Notes: generated by a model not told the origin, from the letters alone. Positions 9,109 to 18,044 are shown, numbered from the stretch's first letter. The stretch is 64,000 bases of DNA from Dehalococcoidia bacterium (GCA_965237745.1 OZ250156.1:373932-437931); one strand, 5' to 3'. A program made the numbers and translations.

Positions 9109-10295
9109 GGGAAAGAGGGCACCCCATGCAGCGGCGTAATCTGGCCTCGGTCCACCTGAAAATATGTTGCGTTGGCGCCAAAGAAGCCGGAAACCTGCTC
9201 CGGGTCGGTGGTGGTTATCAACACCTGGGGATACTGAGCCGCCTTCTCCAGCACGCGACGGCGGCGGAAGGCGTCCATCTCCGACAGGGCGTCGTCGAGG
9301 AGCAGCAGCGGCCCCGTACCCCGTGCCGCCGACAGCGTTTCCGCCTCTGCCAGCCGCAGGGCCAGAGCCAATGTCCTTGCCTGCCCGCGTGAAGCGTATG
9401 CGCCCATGTCCGCTCCGTTCACGATTATGTCAAAGTCATCCCGGTGCGGCCCCGCCGCCGTTGCCGCCGTTGCCTGCTCGCGGGAGGCCACGGCCTGCAG
9501 CGCATCGTAGTAGCTGGCCGCCATGCCGTTGGCGTCGTCCGACAGGGGAACGCTGGGCTGGTAGCGCAACTCCAGCGCCTCGCCCGGCCCGCTGAGGTCG
9601 GCGTGGTGTCGTATGCAGGCTGGGGAGAGTTGGGTCATAACCTCGTGCCGCCGCCAAGTGAGCCAGGCCCCTTCTTTCACCAGCTCGCCATCCCAGAACT
9701 CCATCTCGTCGGCCGCGGCCCGGCGCTCACGCCGCAGGCGCAGCAGCCGGTTGCGCTGCCGCAGCACCTGCTGGTAACGCTGCAGCGTCTTCAGGTACAC
9801 CGGGTCGGCTTGGGAAATCAGAATGTCGAGGAAGCGGCGGCGGGTCGAGGGCGGCCCCTGCACCAGCTCGATGTCCAGCGCGCTGAACAGCACCGCATGC
9901 ACCAGCCCCACCAACCCGCCGGCCGTGCGGCGCATCCGGTTGACTCGGATTTCCTTGCTCACCCGGTAGCCCGGCCCAGTGGCGGAGGTGGAAGCGGAGA
10001 CACCGGAGACCCGGTATCCGATGATGACCCGCTGCCGCGCCGCCGCATCGTCGGGGTCCTCCACCAGCCCGTCAACCAGGGCCTGCCCCCCTTCCCTCGC
10101 AGCGGCGAAGTTGACCAACTCGCGCTCGTTCTCAGCACGGAAGGAGCGGGCAATGGCCAGCAGGTAAACCGCCTCCACCAGCGCCGTCTTCCCCTGCGCG
10201 TTCTCGCCGAAGTAGACCGAAACGCCCGCCGGTATCTCCAGGTCAACCTCGACCAGATTACGGAAGTTGATCAGCCGCAGACGGGAGAGAGGCAC
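9105..10295 (-). CDS. recF: DNA replication and repair protein RecF
   Basis: 396 aa. MPLSRLRLINFRNLVEVDL...FGENAQGKTALVEAVYLL (Walker A) and the C-terminal LLLLDDALSEMD (Walker B) identify RecF. Confidence 0.9.
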   Translation of the reverse strand: MPLSRLRLINFRNLVEVDLEIPAGVSVYFGENAQGKTALVEAVYLLAIARSFRAENERELVNFAAAREGGQALVDGLVEDPDDAAARQRVIIGYRVSGVSASTSATGPGYRVSKEIRVNRMRRTAGGLVGLVHAVLFSALDIELVQGPPSTRRRFLDILISQADPVYLKTLQRYQQVLRQRNRLLRLRRERRAAADEMEFWDGELVKEGAWLTWRRHEVMTQLSPACIRHHADLSGPGEALELRYQPSVPLSDDANGMAASYYDALQAVASREQATAATAAGPHRDDFDIIVNGADMGAYASRGQARTLALALRLAEAETLSAARGTGPLLLLDDALSEMDAFRRRRVLEKAAQYPQVLITTTDPEQVSGFFGANATYFQVDRGQITPLHGVPSFP

Positions 10296-10796
10296 CTACT
10301 TATGTTCCCGGAGTTCCTTTTCCTTGAGCTGCCACTCAGTGAACGCGATTCCAGCCCCCACGATCACCAGCGTTGCCGTGTCTTTCTCTTGTATGGCTTG
10401 CTCTCGCCGCTCCAACAAAGCAGCGTGAAACTCTCTGGCTTCCTCCTCCGTAAGTACCTCCTTATCCAATTTCCTGGCCAACTCATCCCAACGTTCCTGC
10501 GCCATCGGGTTTCCTGGCGCGGGAACACCCCTGAGATTGGGAATTTGGCCGTGCCTGAAAGATAGCCAGATGAGTTCAACTTGAGGTTCAAGATTTGCAA
10601 CCCGCCGAGGAATGTCTTGGCGCTCCAGAATTGCCATGCTGGTCTTAAGCACCGCTAGTTGGCCTTGAATGGAATACAAGAGACGAAACCCGAAGCTCGC
10701 CAGTGTCACTATCACCAAGACGAATGCCGCCAAAACGGCAGATGCAAAGGTGACAACCCCTTGAGGAATATCCAAGAGCACTAACGAAGTGTCCAC
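10296..10796 (-). CDS. Hypothetical membrane/coiled-coil protein (lower GC than neighbours)
   Basis: GTG start preceded by aaggaagg. N-terminal TM helix (VVTFASAVLAAFVLVIVTLASFGF), a charged helical middle and a second hydrophobic segment. The stop abuts the recF start codon (10295/10296). No family recognised. Confidence 0.5.
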   Translation of the reverse strand: MDTSLVLLDIPQGVVTFASAVLAAFVLVIVTLASFGFRLLYSIQGQLAVLKTSMAILERQDIPRRVANLEPQVELIWLSFRHGQIPNLRGVPAPGNPMAQERWDELARKLDKEVLTEEEAREFHAALLERREQAIQEKDTATLVIVGAGIAFTEWQLKEKELREHK

Positions 10797-10824
10797 CGAC
10801 AGCCTTCCTTAACTCAAGTTCTGC

Positions 10825-11622
10825 CTACTCCCCCTGCAGGCGGCGTATCTCTGCTTCCAGGTCGGCGGCCACGCCGGTATCGCCGGCGGAGAGGCGGAAG
10901 CAACGGTCGAGGTAGAGCTTGGCCAGTTGCGAACTGCGCTCCGACGTGTCGCGGGCCACGGCCAGCAGGTTGGCGACTTGGAACTCCTGGGGCAGGTGGC
11001 GGGCCAGCACTGCAATTTCCTCGCCGGCCTCATCGGCCGCGGCATTGTCGGCGCCCTCCACGGCAAAGCGCAGCCGCCCCAAGAGTCGGGATAGCTCGCT
11101 GAGCTTGTCGCCCTCGCTCATGAAGCTGAACAGCACGTCGTTTACGTTGAAGGATGAGTCCAGTTCATCCTCGGGTTCCTCGACGGACGCCGGGCTTCCG
11201 GAGTCGACAACATTGGCCTCCTCGCCAACTACCGTGGCGCTCTTGCCCGACGCGGCGTACAGCTCGGCGTAACTCTGCACCGCCTCGGTGACCGACTCCA
11301 TCATCCGGGGCAGGTCGTAGGAGAACATGCTGCCAGCGTACACCAGGTCGTCGCCACGCTGGCCGCTCAGTCGTTCCAGCTCGCCGAACCCGTCGACCGG
11401 CTCCGGCACCGGCGGCATGGCGAAGGACGAGAGATCGTTCAGCGGCAGAGACCCCAGGTGCGAGGCCAGGAATGGCGGCAGGAACTTGGTCAGGTCGGAC
11501 TTAATGGGCAGGGTCACGACGTAGCTGGCATAGACCTTGTCAGGTTCTGTATCCACCTTGAAATACACCAGCGCGTGGCCCACCGGGTTGCCGTGGTCCC
11601 CTCGGTCAAAGTAAAGGTCCAT
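10825..11622 (-). CDS. Hypothetical protein (two domains joined by an acidic linker)
   Basis: 265-aa ORF with native GC in the same orientation as recF. No motif recognised. Coding is supported only by its length and by the shorter overlapping frames. Confidence 0.5.
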   Translation of the reverse strand: MDLYFDRGDHGNPVGHALVYFKVDTEPDKVYASYVVTLPIKSDLTKFLPPFLASHLGSLPLNDLSSFAMPPVPEPVDGFGELERLSGQRGDDLVYAGSMFSYDLPRMMESVTEAVQSYAELYAASGKSATVVGEEANVVDSGSPASVEEPEDELDSSFNVNDVLFSFMSEGDKLSELSRLLGRLRFAVEGADNAAADEAGEEIAVLARHLPQEFQVANLLAVARDTSERSSQLAKLYLDRCFRLSAGDTGVAADLEAEIRRLQGE

Positions 11623-11745
11623 AGCTCGCTTTCACTCGTCCGTTGGCGTAAATCTGCCGTGATTTCGCCCATCAATTACGGTTATGAAGTCAAAGGTAAT
11701 TATAGCATCGCCCCTACAACCCACGGAGAGGCCGCAGGCCCGTCG

Positions 11746-11774
11746 TTGACGGCATGCGGCAAAATAAGTATGGT
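11746..11774 (+). promoter_or_regulatory. Candidate sigma-70-type promoter for the hotdog dehydratase pair
   Basis: TTGACG (11746-51), 17-nt spacer, TATGGT (11769-74), ~75 nt upstream of the 11848 start. Confidence 0.4.
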
Positions 11775-11847
11775 ATAGCCACTGACCGCACCCCCACAAC
11801 GGCCCTCCCACGAGCCGGAGGGTTCAGGGAAGATTCAGGAGCGGGAT

Positions 11848-12273
11848 ATGTCCGATTCCGAAGTCAAGATATTCGACTACGACCAGATTGAGATCGGGGA
11901 GGAGCTGGGCTCCTACGAGTACACCCTGACCCAAGAGATGCTGGACAACTTCCGGGCCTCCATCGGCGACCCGGAGGCGGTATTCCCCACGCTGGCTGTG
12001 AAGCACGACGCCACCGCCTTCGCCATGGTCTACGAGGACAACACCGGCGGCGTCAACGCGGGCAACGAGGTGGAGTTCTTCAACCCGCCCATCCCGGGCA
12101 AGAAGATTCGCGTTACCGGACGCATCGCCGACAAATACATGCGCCGCGACAAGCCCTACATGGTCATCGAGGCCACCGCCTACGACGAGGATGGGCGCCT
12201 GCTGGAAAAGCTCCGCACCTACCAGATGAAGAAACCCGACGAGGTGGGCAAGAAATGGCATCCGCAAACGTAG
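11848..12273 (+). CDS. Hotdog-fold dehydratase subunit (FAS1-like dehydratase N-terminal / HadA-like)
   Basis: 141 aa. A short single hotdog domain that overlaps the next MaoC-like gene by 19 nt, the usual layout of heterodimeric (R)-hydratase/dehydratase pairs. Confidence 0.6.
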   Translation: MSDSEVKIFDYDQIEIGEELGSYEYTLTQEMLDNFRASIGDPEAVFPTLAVKHDATAFAMVYEDNTGGVNAGNEVEFFNPPIPGKKIRVTGRIADKYMRRDKPYMVIEATAYDEDGRLLEKLRTYQMKKPDEVGKKWHPQT

Positions 12274-12677
12274 CAACCGGCCAGCAGATACCGTCGGTCA
12301 CCAAGGCCGTCACGCAGGACACCATCGAGCAGTTCGAGAACTGCGGCATCCTGGACCGTCAGAACATCCACAACAACCCCGAATTGGCCCGGCAACGCCT
12401 CGGCACCACCTACCCCATCGCCTCAGGCCGGATGTCGGTCGCCTTTGCCGCCGAGAGCCTGCGCCGCTTCTTCGGGCCGGAGGTGTTCAACCACACTGGC
12501 AGCGTGAACCTGAAGTTCCTGCGACCGGTCAAGGGCGGCGACACAATCACCGTCACCGGCGAGGTATTGAGGCAAGAGGAAGCCGATAACGGCACACAGG
12601 TAATCGTCAATCTGTCCTGCGAGAACCAGAACGGCGACCGCACCGCCGTTGGCGTCGGCACGGCGGTCATAAAATAG
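12255..12677 (+). CDS. MaoC-like (R)-specific hydratase/dehydratase subunit
   Basis: 140 aa. NIHNNPELARQ...YPIASGRMSVAF...LKFLRPVKGGDTITVTGEV matches the MaoC dehydratase motif. Confidence 0.7.
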   Translation: MASANVATGQQIPSVTKAVTQDTIEQFENCGILDRQNIHNNPELARQRLGTTYPIASGRMSVAFAAESLRRFFGPEVFNHTGSVNLKFLRPVKGGDTITVTGEVLRQEEADNGTQVIVNLSCENQNGDRTAVGVGTAVIK

Positions 12678-12725
12678 CATGGCCGCCCCTGTCTACGAGA
12701 AGTAAGAATCCATTGAGAATACCCT

Positions 12726-13115
12726 ATGACAACCCCAAGCGAACGAGTTACTGAGCTATTTTCCGACTCTCAGGTCTTGTATGGCGATGCCTTGGAAATG
12801 TTGGACCTGGGCAAGCTTCGCAACGCTGCGGAAAAGGCTTGGGGCGCCACCAAGCGCTCCACCGATGCCTTGGTTCTTGCGAGAACCGGACACGAGCCAC
12901 AATCAGCGGGGCAGGCAAGGCGCGCTCTGCTGCGGTTGAGCAATGAGAGACCGGCGTTCGAGGCATTTCAGGGCCGGTACAACACGAGGGCGGCGCTGCT
13001 GCACGTCAACTGCTTCTACGACGGCAACTGCGAGCCGGAGCCGGAAATGACGACCCTCATCCGAGCCACCGACTCCTACATCCAGGACGCCGTCGATCTG
13101 GCAGAGGCACCGTAG
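12726..13115 (+). CDS. PaREP1/HEPN-superfamily-like helical protein (tentative)
   Basis: 129 aa. The pattern ...LRNAAEKAWGATKRSTDALVLARTGHEP...ALLHVNCFYDG... resembles PaREP1-type proteins. No partner nucleotidyltransferase gene is adjacent. Confidence 0.4.
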   Translation: MTTPSERVTELFSDSQVLYGDALEMLDLGKLRNAAEKAWGATKRSTDALVLARTGHEPQSAGQARRALLRLSNERPAFEAFQGRYNTRAALLHVNCFYDGNCEPEPEMTTLIRATDSYIQDAVDLAEAP

Positions 13116-13158
13116 ACCGAAGCCAAATTACCGAAAATCAAAGCGAGAGTAGAGAAAT

Positions 13159-13443
13159 ATGGCAGGCTCCGAACACGGCAAGGTTGAAGCGGAAATCGTC
13201 TACTGTGTCGCTTGAGGCTACTTCCCGGTCGCCACGTGGCTGGCGATGGAATTCTTCAAGTCCGACGCTCCCGGCGACGTCGCCGTCAAGATGACCCCCT
13301 CCGACCGGGGACGCCTTGAGGTATACCTGGACGGAGACAAGATCTTCGACCGCAAGACGGACGGCGGTTTCCCAGACCTCGGCAAGGTCAACGAGCTCAA
13401 GATGACTATCGCCGAGAAACTGTTTGATCTCGAAGATGCCTAG
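13159..13443 (+). CDS. SelW/Rdx-family selenoprotein with in-frame UGA (Sec) at 13213-13215
   Basis: The track shows only the 65-aa piece 13246..13443. Extending upstream in frame gives MAGSEHGKVEAEIVYCVA-U-GYFPVATWLAMEFFKS...GRLEVYLDGDKIFDRKTDGGFPDLGKVNELK. That is the Rdx-family layout with a CxxU redox motif, where Cys-type homologues have CxxC. Confidence 0.7.
13222..13252 (+). promoter_or_regulatory. Candidate bacterial SECIS hairpin
   Basis: UUCC/GGAA lower stem (13222-25 / 13249-52), UCGCCA/UGGCGA upper stem (13229-34 / 13241-46) and apical loop CGUGGC, which lies 20-25 nt after the UGA with a G in the second loop position. Confidence 0.55.
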
Positions 13444-13589
13444 CCCACGTTTGCAACCAATCCCAACCCTTCGTCCTGTGCTTGTCGAGGGACGGGCGGC
13501 TGGGCGGATTTCGCAATGCACTTTGCGAACGCATTCCGGCCCGGCGCAGATAGAGATAGGCAACGCGCCGCAACGCAGGGGGCGCAGCG

Positions 13590-14306
13590 ATGGCTGACCC
13601 GCAGCATGTGGAGATCATACAGTCCGGGCCGGAGGCCGTCGCCCGGTGGCGCTCCGCCAACCCGGACGCGGCGATGGACCTGAGCGGCGCCGACCTGTCG
13701 GGCGTTGACCTGCAGGGCGCAGACCTGCGGCGGGCCCGTCTCGGCGGGGCCGATCTATCCGGGGCCGACGTGTCCGGCTCCAACCTGTCCCGCGCCAGTC
13801 TGCCCGGGACCAACCTGTCGTCCGCCAACTTGGAGAGGGCCGATCTCGGCCGCGCCTCACTTTCCGGCGCTGATCTCTCGTCTGCCGACCTGACCAACGT
13901 CAACCTGTTCTGGGCCGACCTCAAGAGCGCGAACCTCGAGGGGGCAGTCGTGCGCCACTGCCGCATGAACCGGGTCTCGCTCATCGGGTGCAATCTGCAG
14001 CGAACCGACTTCAGCCAGTCCAACATGATCGAGGCCGACCTGCGAAACGCCGACCTTACGGATGCTCTGTTTGTGTCCACCAACATGAACGGCGCCGACC
14101 TCTCCCGATGCAGCATGCAGGGCGCCGATTTCACGCGTGCCATGATCCGCGATTCCATGTGGATTGCCGCCAACATGACCGGCGCCAACTTCGACCAAGC
14201 CAGCCTCCACCGCGCCGATTTCACCCTGGCCAAGTGGGACGAGACCACCACCTTCCCTAAGGGTTTCGACCCCTACAACATCGAGTTCCTAGACGTGGGT
14301 GTCTAG
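13590..14306 (+). CDS. Pentapeptide-repeat protein
   Basis: 238 aa of A(D/N)LxGADLSGADL-type pentapeptide repeats. Confidence 0.9.
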   Translation: MADPQHVEIIQSGPEAVARWRSANPDAAMDLSGADLSGVDLQGADLRRARLGGADLSGADVSGSNLSRASLPGTNLSSANLERADLGRASLSGADLSSADLTNVNLFWADLKSANLEGAVVRHCRMNRVSLIGCNLQRTDFSQSNMIEADLRNADLTDALFVSTNMNGADLSRCSMQGADFTRAMIRDSMWIAANMTGANFDQASLHRADFTLAKWDETTTFPKGFDPYNIEFLDVGV

Positions 14307-14331
14307 GGTTTGCCGCATGTGGGTAACGAAA

Positions 14332-14793
14332 ATGAATGCAGAATTTCAACAAATAGTCTGCCAAATGGAACCCCTCCTCAAGAAGCTCTAAAACAGCCCT
14401 CAACTTACCATAGGCGAACTAAGAGGAATCCCTGATGAAGGGGTCTATGTCTTCTACGATGAAGATGATAGGCCAATCTACACTGGACGCTCAAATAAAA
14501 TGCGGAGGCGCATCAGGGAACATGGTGCTGATAGCGCAGGTCATGAATCGGCTACATTCGCATTTAAGCTTCTCCGGGAAATAATTGGCGAACCGGAAGG
14601 CCACTCCTCCAAACATACCAGGAAAGACCTTCAGAAAATCCACGCCGAAGAATATGGAAGACAGAGAGAACGAGTGCGAGGGATGAAGGTTCGGGTCGTT
14701 GAAATCAAAAATCAGCAGGTACGAACTATATTCGAGACTTATGCAATCTTTAACCTTGGAACCACTCGCTATAATAGTTTTCGTACCACATAG
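14332..14793 (+). pseudogene. GIY-YIG nuclease-domain gene interrupted by an in-frame TAA (14389-14391)
   Basis: Single frame: MNAEFQQIVCQMEPLLKKL*NSPQLTIGELRGIPDEGVYVFYDEDDRPIYTGRSNKMRRRIREHG.... The GIY-YIG core lies downstream of the stop, and no in-frame ATG, GTG or TTG occurs between the stop and the core. AT-rich islet. Confidence 0.6.
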
Positions 14794-14811
14794 ACCAGTA
14801 TAGGTCGCATC

Positions 14812-15783
14812 ATGTCCACCATCCTCATAACCGGCCCCACAGCCTCCGGCAAGACCAGCCTCGCCGACGCCCTGCTGACGCGCCTGCGCGAGGCCGGGCG
14901 TTCTGCCGCCTACGTCAAGCCCTTCTCGCCGACGCCCGGCGACGACGCCGACTACCGTTTTGCATCCGAAGTCCTGGCCGGCGCGCTGGGCATCACCGCC
15001 GGGCCAACCCCACACCCGCTGTCCGACGGCGTGGACGAGGCGGCCGCGGCCGTCTCTGACCTGCGCCGCCAGCACGACACCGTCATCATCGACGCCGCCG
15101 ACGGCTCCCCCACAACGCAGTTGGCCGAGGCAGTAGACGCACGAGTGCTGGAGATCCACGCCTACTCCCCATCGCAGGACTGGGCGCGGGTCGTGGATGC
15201 CGCCGCCGTTCGTTGGGGCAATCGTCTGGCTGCGTTGGTGGTCAATGCCGTCCCGCCCTACAAGCAGGACGCAGTCACTGCCTCCGCGTCGGAATCATCG
15301 GCGGGCGTCAACACCGTGGTCATTCCCGAGAGCCGCGCCATGCTCGCGCCCACAGTGGCACAGGTCGCGGCGCACTTGGGCGCGTCCTGGGTGCAGGATC
15401 CGGTGAACGCCGACGCCCCGGTGGAGCATTTCCTGATCGGGGGCAACATCATGGACAACGGCCCCACCTACTACGGACGGTACGCCAACCAGGCCGTCAT
15501 CACCCGCGCTCAGCGCCCCGACATCCAGTTGGCCAGTATGCTGGCCCAAACACGCTGCCTCGTGCTGACCGGGCCCGGAGAGGCCACCAACTACGTCAGG
15601 GCCGAGGCCCTGGAGCGCGACATCCCCCTGCTGCAAGTGTCCACCTCCACCATCGACACCGCGGACGCCCTCGACCGCCTCATCGACGCGGTCACACCTC
15701 ACAGCCTGGCCAAGGCCCGCAATTTCGCCGCCCTGCTGCAAAGGCATGCCGGAGCGGAGACGGTCGACGTCTGGCTGGCGTAG
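14812..15783 (+). CDS. DRTGG-domain protein with N-terminal P-loop (phosphotransacetylase N-terminal-like)
   Basis: 323 aa. ILITGPTASGKTSLADAL is a P-loop. The C-terminal half (VITRAQRPDIQLASMLAQTRCLVLTGPGE...) fits a DRTGG domain. Confidence 0.6.
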   Translation: MSTILITGPTASGKTSLADALLTRLREAGRSAAYVKPFSPTPGDDADYRFASEVLAGALGITAGPTPHPLSDGVDEAAAAVSDLRRQHDTVIIDAADGSPTTQLAEAVDARVLEIHAYSPSQDWARVVDAAAVRWGNRLAALVVNAVPPYKQDAVTASASESSAGVNTVVIPESRAMLAPTVAQVAAHLGASWVQDPVNADAPVEHFLIGGNIMDNGPTYYGRYANQAVITRAQRPDIQLASMLAQTRCLVLTGPGEATNYVRAEALERDIPLLQVSTSTIDTADALDRLIDAVTPHSLAKARNFAALLQRHAGAETVDVWLA

Positions 15784-15854
15784 GTTTATCCGGAGCCCCG
15801 TTGCCCCTTTTGCATGTCCCCTCTCATCTGACGGTGAAGGAACTCTGAAAAGGC

Positions 15855-17078
15855 CAGGGCAATCGCGTTTTAACTGAGTAGGACTTTCAGGAGGTAATCC
15901 TCTTTCCAGCCGGCCTGCAGGCGTTTGCCCTGGATTCCCACTTTCAGGCTGGTTTCCCGTTTGAGCAGGTTGTGGGAGATCTGCCTAAGAGTGGCCATGT
16001 TCTGAGGGCTGTGGTCCAGGCGTATCCGGCTCTGGTCCTCCCGGAATGTGACGTCCAGGCTCCAATGCAGGGAGTTTTCGATGCTCCAGTGGGTCCGTAC
16101 AGCCGCCAGCAACTGCCCGGCCGACCCTGCCAGACTGCTGATGTAGTACCTGGCCTGCGCTGTTGTACCGGTCTCCGTCTCACGGCGCCCCGCCACCTTG
16201 GCCACGGACCGCAACCCCGGCCATTCCTGCCCAGTGCTCAGATATTCCAGACAGGCCGGGTCGCTGATTGCCCAGCACTCCCGGCGTTCGATCCGGCCGT
16301 GCCCCTTGTTCAGAGTGGTGGCGTAGTCGTGGGGCACACCAGCAAAGGACGCCTCCTCTGCCCCCTCGAACAAGTCCCGCACATCCTGGTACAACCGGCC
16401 CTGATTCTCCTTGACCGCCAGCAGATATTCAGCCCCACGGTCCAGAATCCCCTGGGCTATCTCCTTCTGGCATCCCATGGCGTCGATGGTTACGATGCAT
16501 CCGTTCAACTCCAGCATCTGCAGCAGCCGGGGTATGGCGGTGATTTCGTTGGATTTCTCCTCCGTCTTCACCTGTCCCAAGGTCAGGGTGTTGGCCGAGG
16601 CCCAGGCGCTGACCAGATGAATGGCCTGCTTGCCCGCCCTTTTGTCGTGGGAGCGGCGCACCGTCTTGCCGTCAATGGCCACCACCTCTCCGGGCAGCAG
16701 GTCTGCCACCCCCTGGCTCCACTCCATGAAGCACTCCTGGAACCGGTCAGGACCCAGCCGTGAGAACACATCGCCAAAGGTGTCGTGGGAGGGAATACCG
16801 TTGGGCAGGTCCAGGAAGGAGCGGAACCACTCCTCCTTGCTCTTGCCGAACATCTCCACGTGAACCCAGGAATCCGCGCCGCAGATGACGGCGCAGATGG
16901 CAATGGTGATGATGTCCAGCAACTGGTGCCGCTTGCAGCGGTCGATCCTCGGGTCCTCCAAAGCCTTGAAATACTCCATGATGGCCCCACACTTCTTCCC
17001 CATCATTACCCACAACCCTCACACACAAACTCAGTCTCATCTTCGACCAAGTCTAGCATCTATAACGCGATTGCCCTG
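15855..17078 (-). mobile_element. Complete ISAs1-family insertion sequence (1224 bp) with 15-bp perfect terminal inverted repeats and a 10-bp target-site duplication
   Basis: The left end CAGGGCAATCGCGTT (15855-69) and right end AACGCGATTGCCCTG (17064-78) are exact reverse complements. The flanking direct repeats CTGAAAAGGC (15845-54 and 17079-88) are identical. Confidence 0.85.
15870..17015 (-). CDS. ISAs1-family (H-repeat-associated) transposase
   Basis: MEYFKALEDPRIDRCKRHQLLDIITIAICAVICGADSW..., AIDGKTVRRSHD, VKTEEKSNEITAIPRLL, TIDAMGCQKEIA and HWSIENSLHWSLDVTFRED are ISAs1 hallmarks. The likely true start is the MEYF Met at 16979. Confidence 0.9.
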   Translation of the reverse strand: MWVMMGKKCGAIMEYFKALEDPRIDRCKRHQLLDIITIAICAVICGADSWVHVEMFGKSKEEWFRSFLDLPNGIPSHDTFGDVFSRLGPDRFQECFMEWSQGVADLLPGEVVAIDGKTVRRSHDKRAGKQAIHLVSAWASANTLTLGQVKTEEKSNEITAIPRLLQMLELNGCIVTIDAMGCQKEIAQGILDRGAEYLLAVKENQGRLYQDVRDLFEGAEEASFAGVPHDYATTLNKGHGRIERRECWAISDPACLEYLSTGQEWPGLRSVAKVAGRRETETGTTAQARYYISSLAGSAGQLLAAVRTHWSIENSLHWSLDVTFREDQSRIRLDHSPQNMATLRQISHNLLKRETSLKVGIQGKRLQAGWKEDYLLKVLLS

Positions 17079-17168
17079 CTGAAAAGGCCATCACAGCCCG
17101 TCACTCCGGCCTTTGTGTGATATAATTCACAGCACATTATTCGTAATCGGACTTGCGGAGGGCGCGTC

Positions 17169-17966
17169 ATGGACTTGGGACTCCAGGATAAAGTTGCCAT
17201 CATCACCGGCGGCAGCGACGGCATCGGCAAGGCGGCTGCCCTCAGCATGGCCAAGGAGGGCGCGGCGGTCGTCATTGTCGCCCGGCGGCCCGACGTTCTG
17301 GACCAGGCCGCACAGGAAATCATGACCGCCACCGAAGGCCAGGTCATGTCTATCTCCGCCGACGTCACCGACCCCGGCACGGCCAAGAGCATCGTGCAGA
17401 GCACGCTGGACAAGTTCGGCCGGGTCGACATCCTGGTCAACAACGCCGGCACGTCCATGGCAAAGGCCTTCGAGGATGTCTCGCACGAAGACTGGGAGTT
17501 CGACTTCGAACTCAAGGTCTGGGGCGCGGTGCGGTTGATCCAAGAATCGATACCGGAGATGCGCAAGGTCGGCGGCGGGCGCATCATCAACGTCACCAAC
17601 CTCGGTGGACGCACCCCGGGGCCGTCGTCCATGCCCACCTCCATCTCCCGCGCCGCCGGAATCGCCATCACCAAGGGTCTGTCCAAAGACCTCGCCAGCG
17701 ACAACATCCTCGTCTCCACGGTCTGCATCGGGCTGATCAAGTCTGGCCAGCACCAGAAACGTTTCGATGCGCGGATCCAGTCCGAGCCCGATCTCAACCT
17801 AGACGCCTTCTACAACCAGTTGGCCGTTGGACGCCAGGTGCCACTGGGCCGTGTTGGCGAACCCGAGGAAGCCGGCGACGTGATCGCCTTCCTCGCCTCG
17901 GACCGGGCCAGCTACCTCACCGGCATCGCCGTCAACCTCGATGGTGGCGCCTCGGCAGTCGTCTAG
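17169..17966 (+). CDS. Short-chain dehydrogenase/reductase (SDR) family oxidoreductase
   Basis: 265 aa. VAIITGGSDGIGKA (TGxxxGxG) and NNAG are present, followed by a classical SDR layout. Confidence 0.85.
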   Translation: MDLGLQDKVAIITGGSDGIGKAAALSMAKEGAAVVIVARRPDVLDQAAQEIMTATEGQVMSISADVTDPGTAKSIVQSTLDKFGRVDILVNNAGTSMAKAFEDVSHEDWEFDFELKVWGAVRLIQESIPEMRKVGGGRIINVTNLGGRTPGPSSMPTSISRAAGIAITKGLSKDLASDNILVSTVCIGLIKSGQHQKRFDARIQSEPDLNLDAFYNQLAVGRQVPLGRVGEPEEAGDVIAFLASDRASYLTGIAVNLDGGASAVV

Positions 17967-18016
17967 CCGCCCTCCGGGATAGGGTTGGGCCAGAGATATA
18001 GGGAATGATCCTTTGA

Positions 18017-18044
18017 GTAGGGGCGCATGGCCGTGCGCCCCTAC
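18017..18044. repeat. REP-A palindromic repeat copy
   Basis: gtaggggcgcatggccgtgcgcccctac, between the SDR and the aminotransferase. Confidence 0.7.

Noticed and set aside
13138-13563. 141-aa minus-strand ORF covering the SelW-like locus.
   Set aside because: It has no motifs. The plus strand gives a family-consistent selenoprotein with CxxU and a SECIS-like hairpin.
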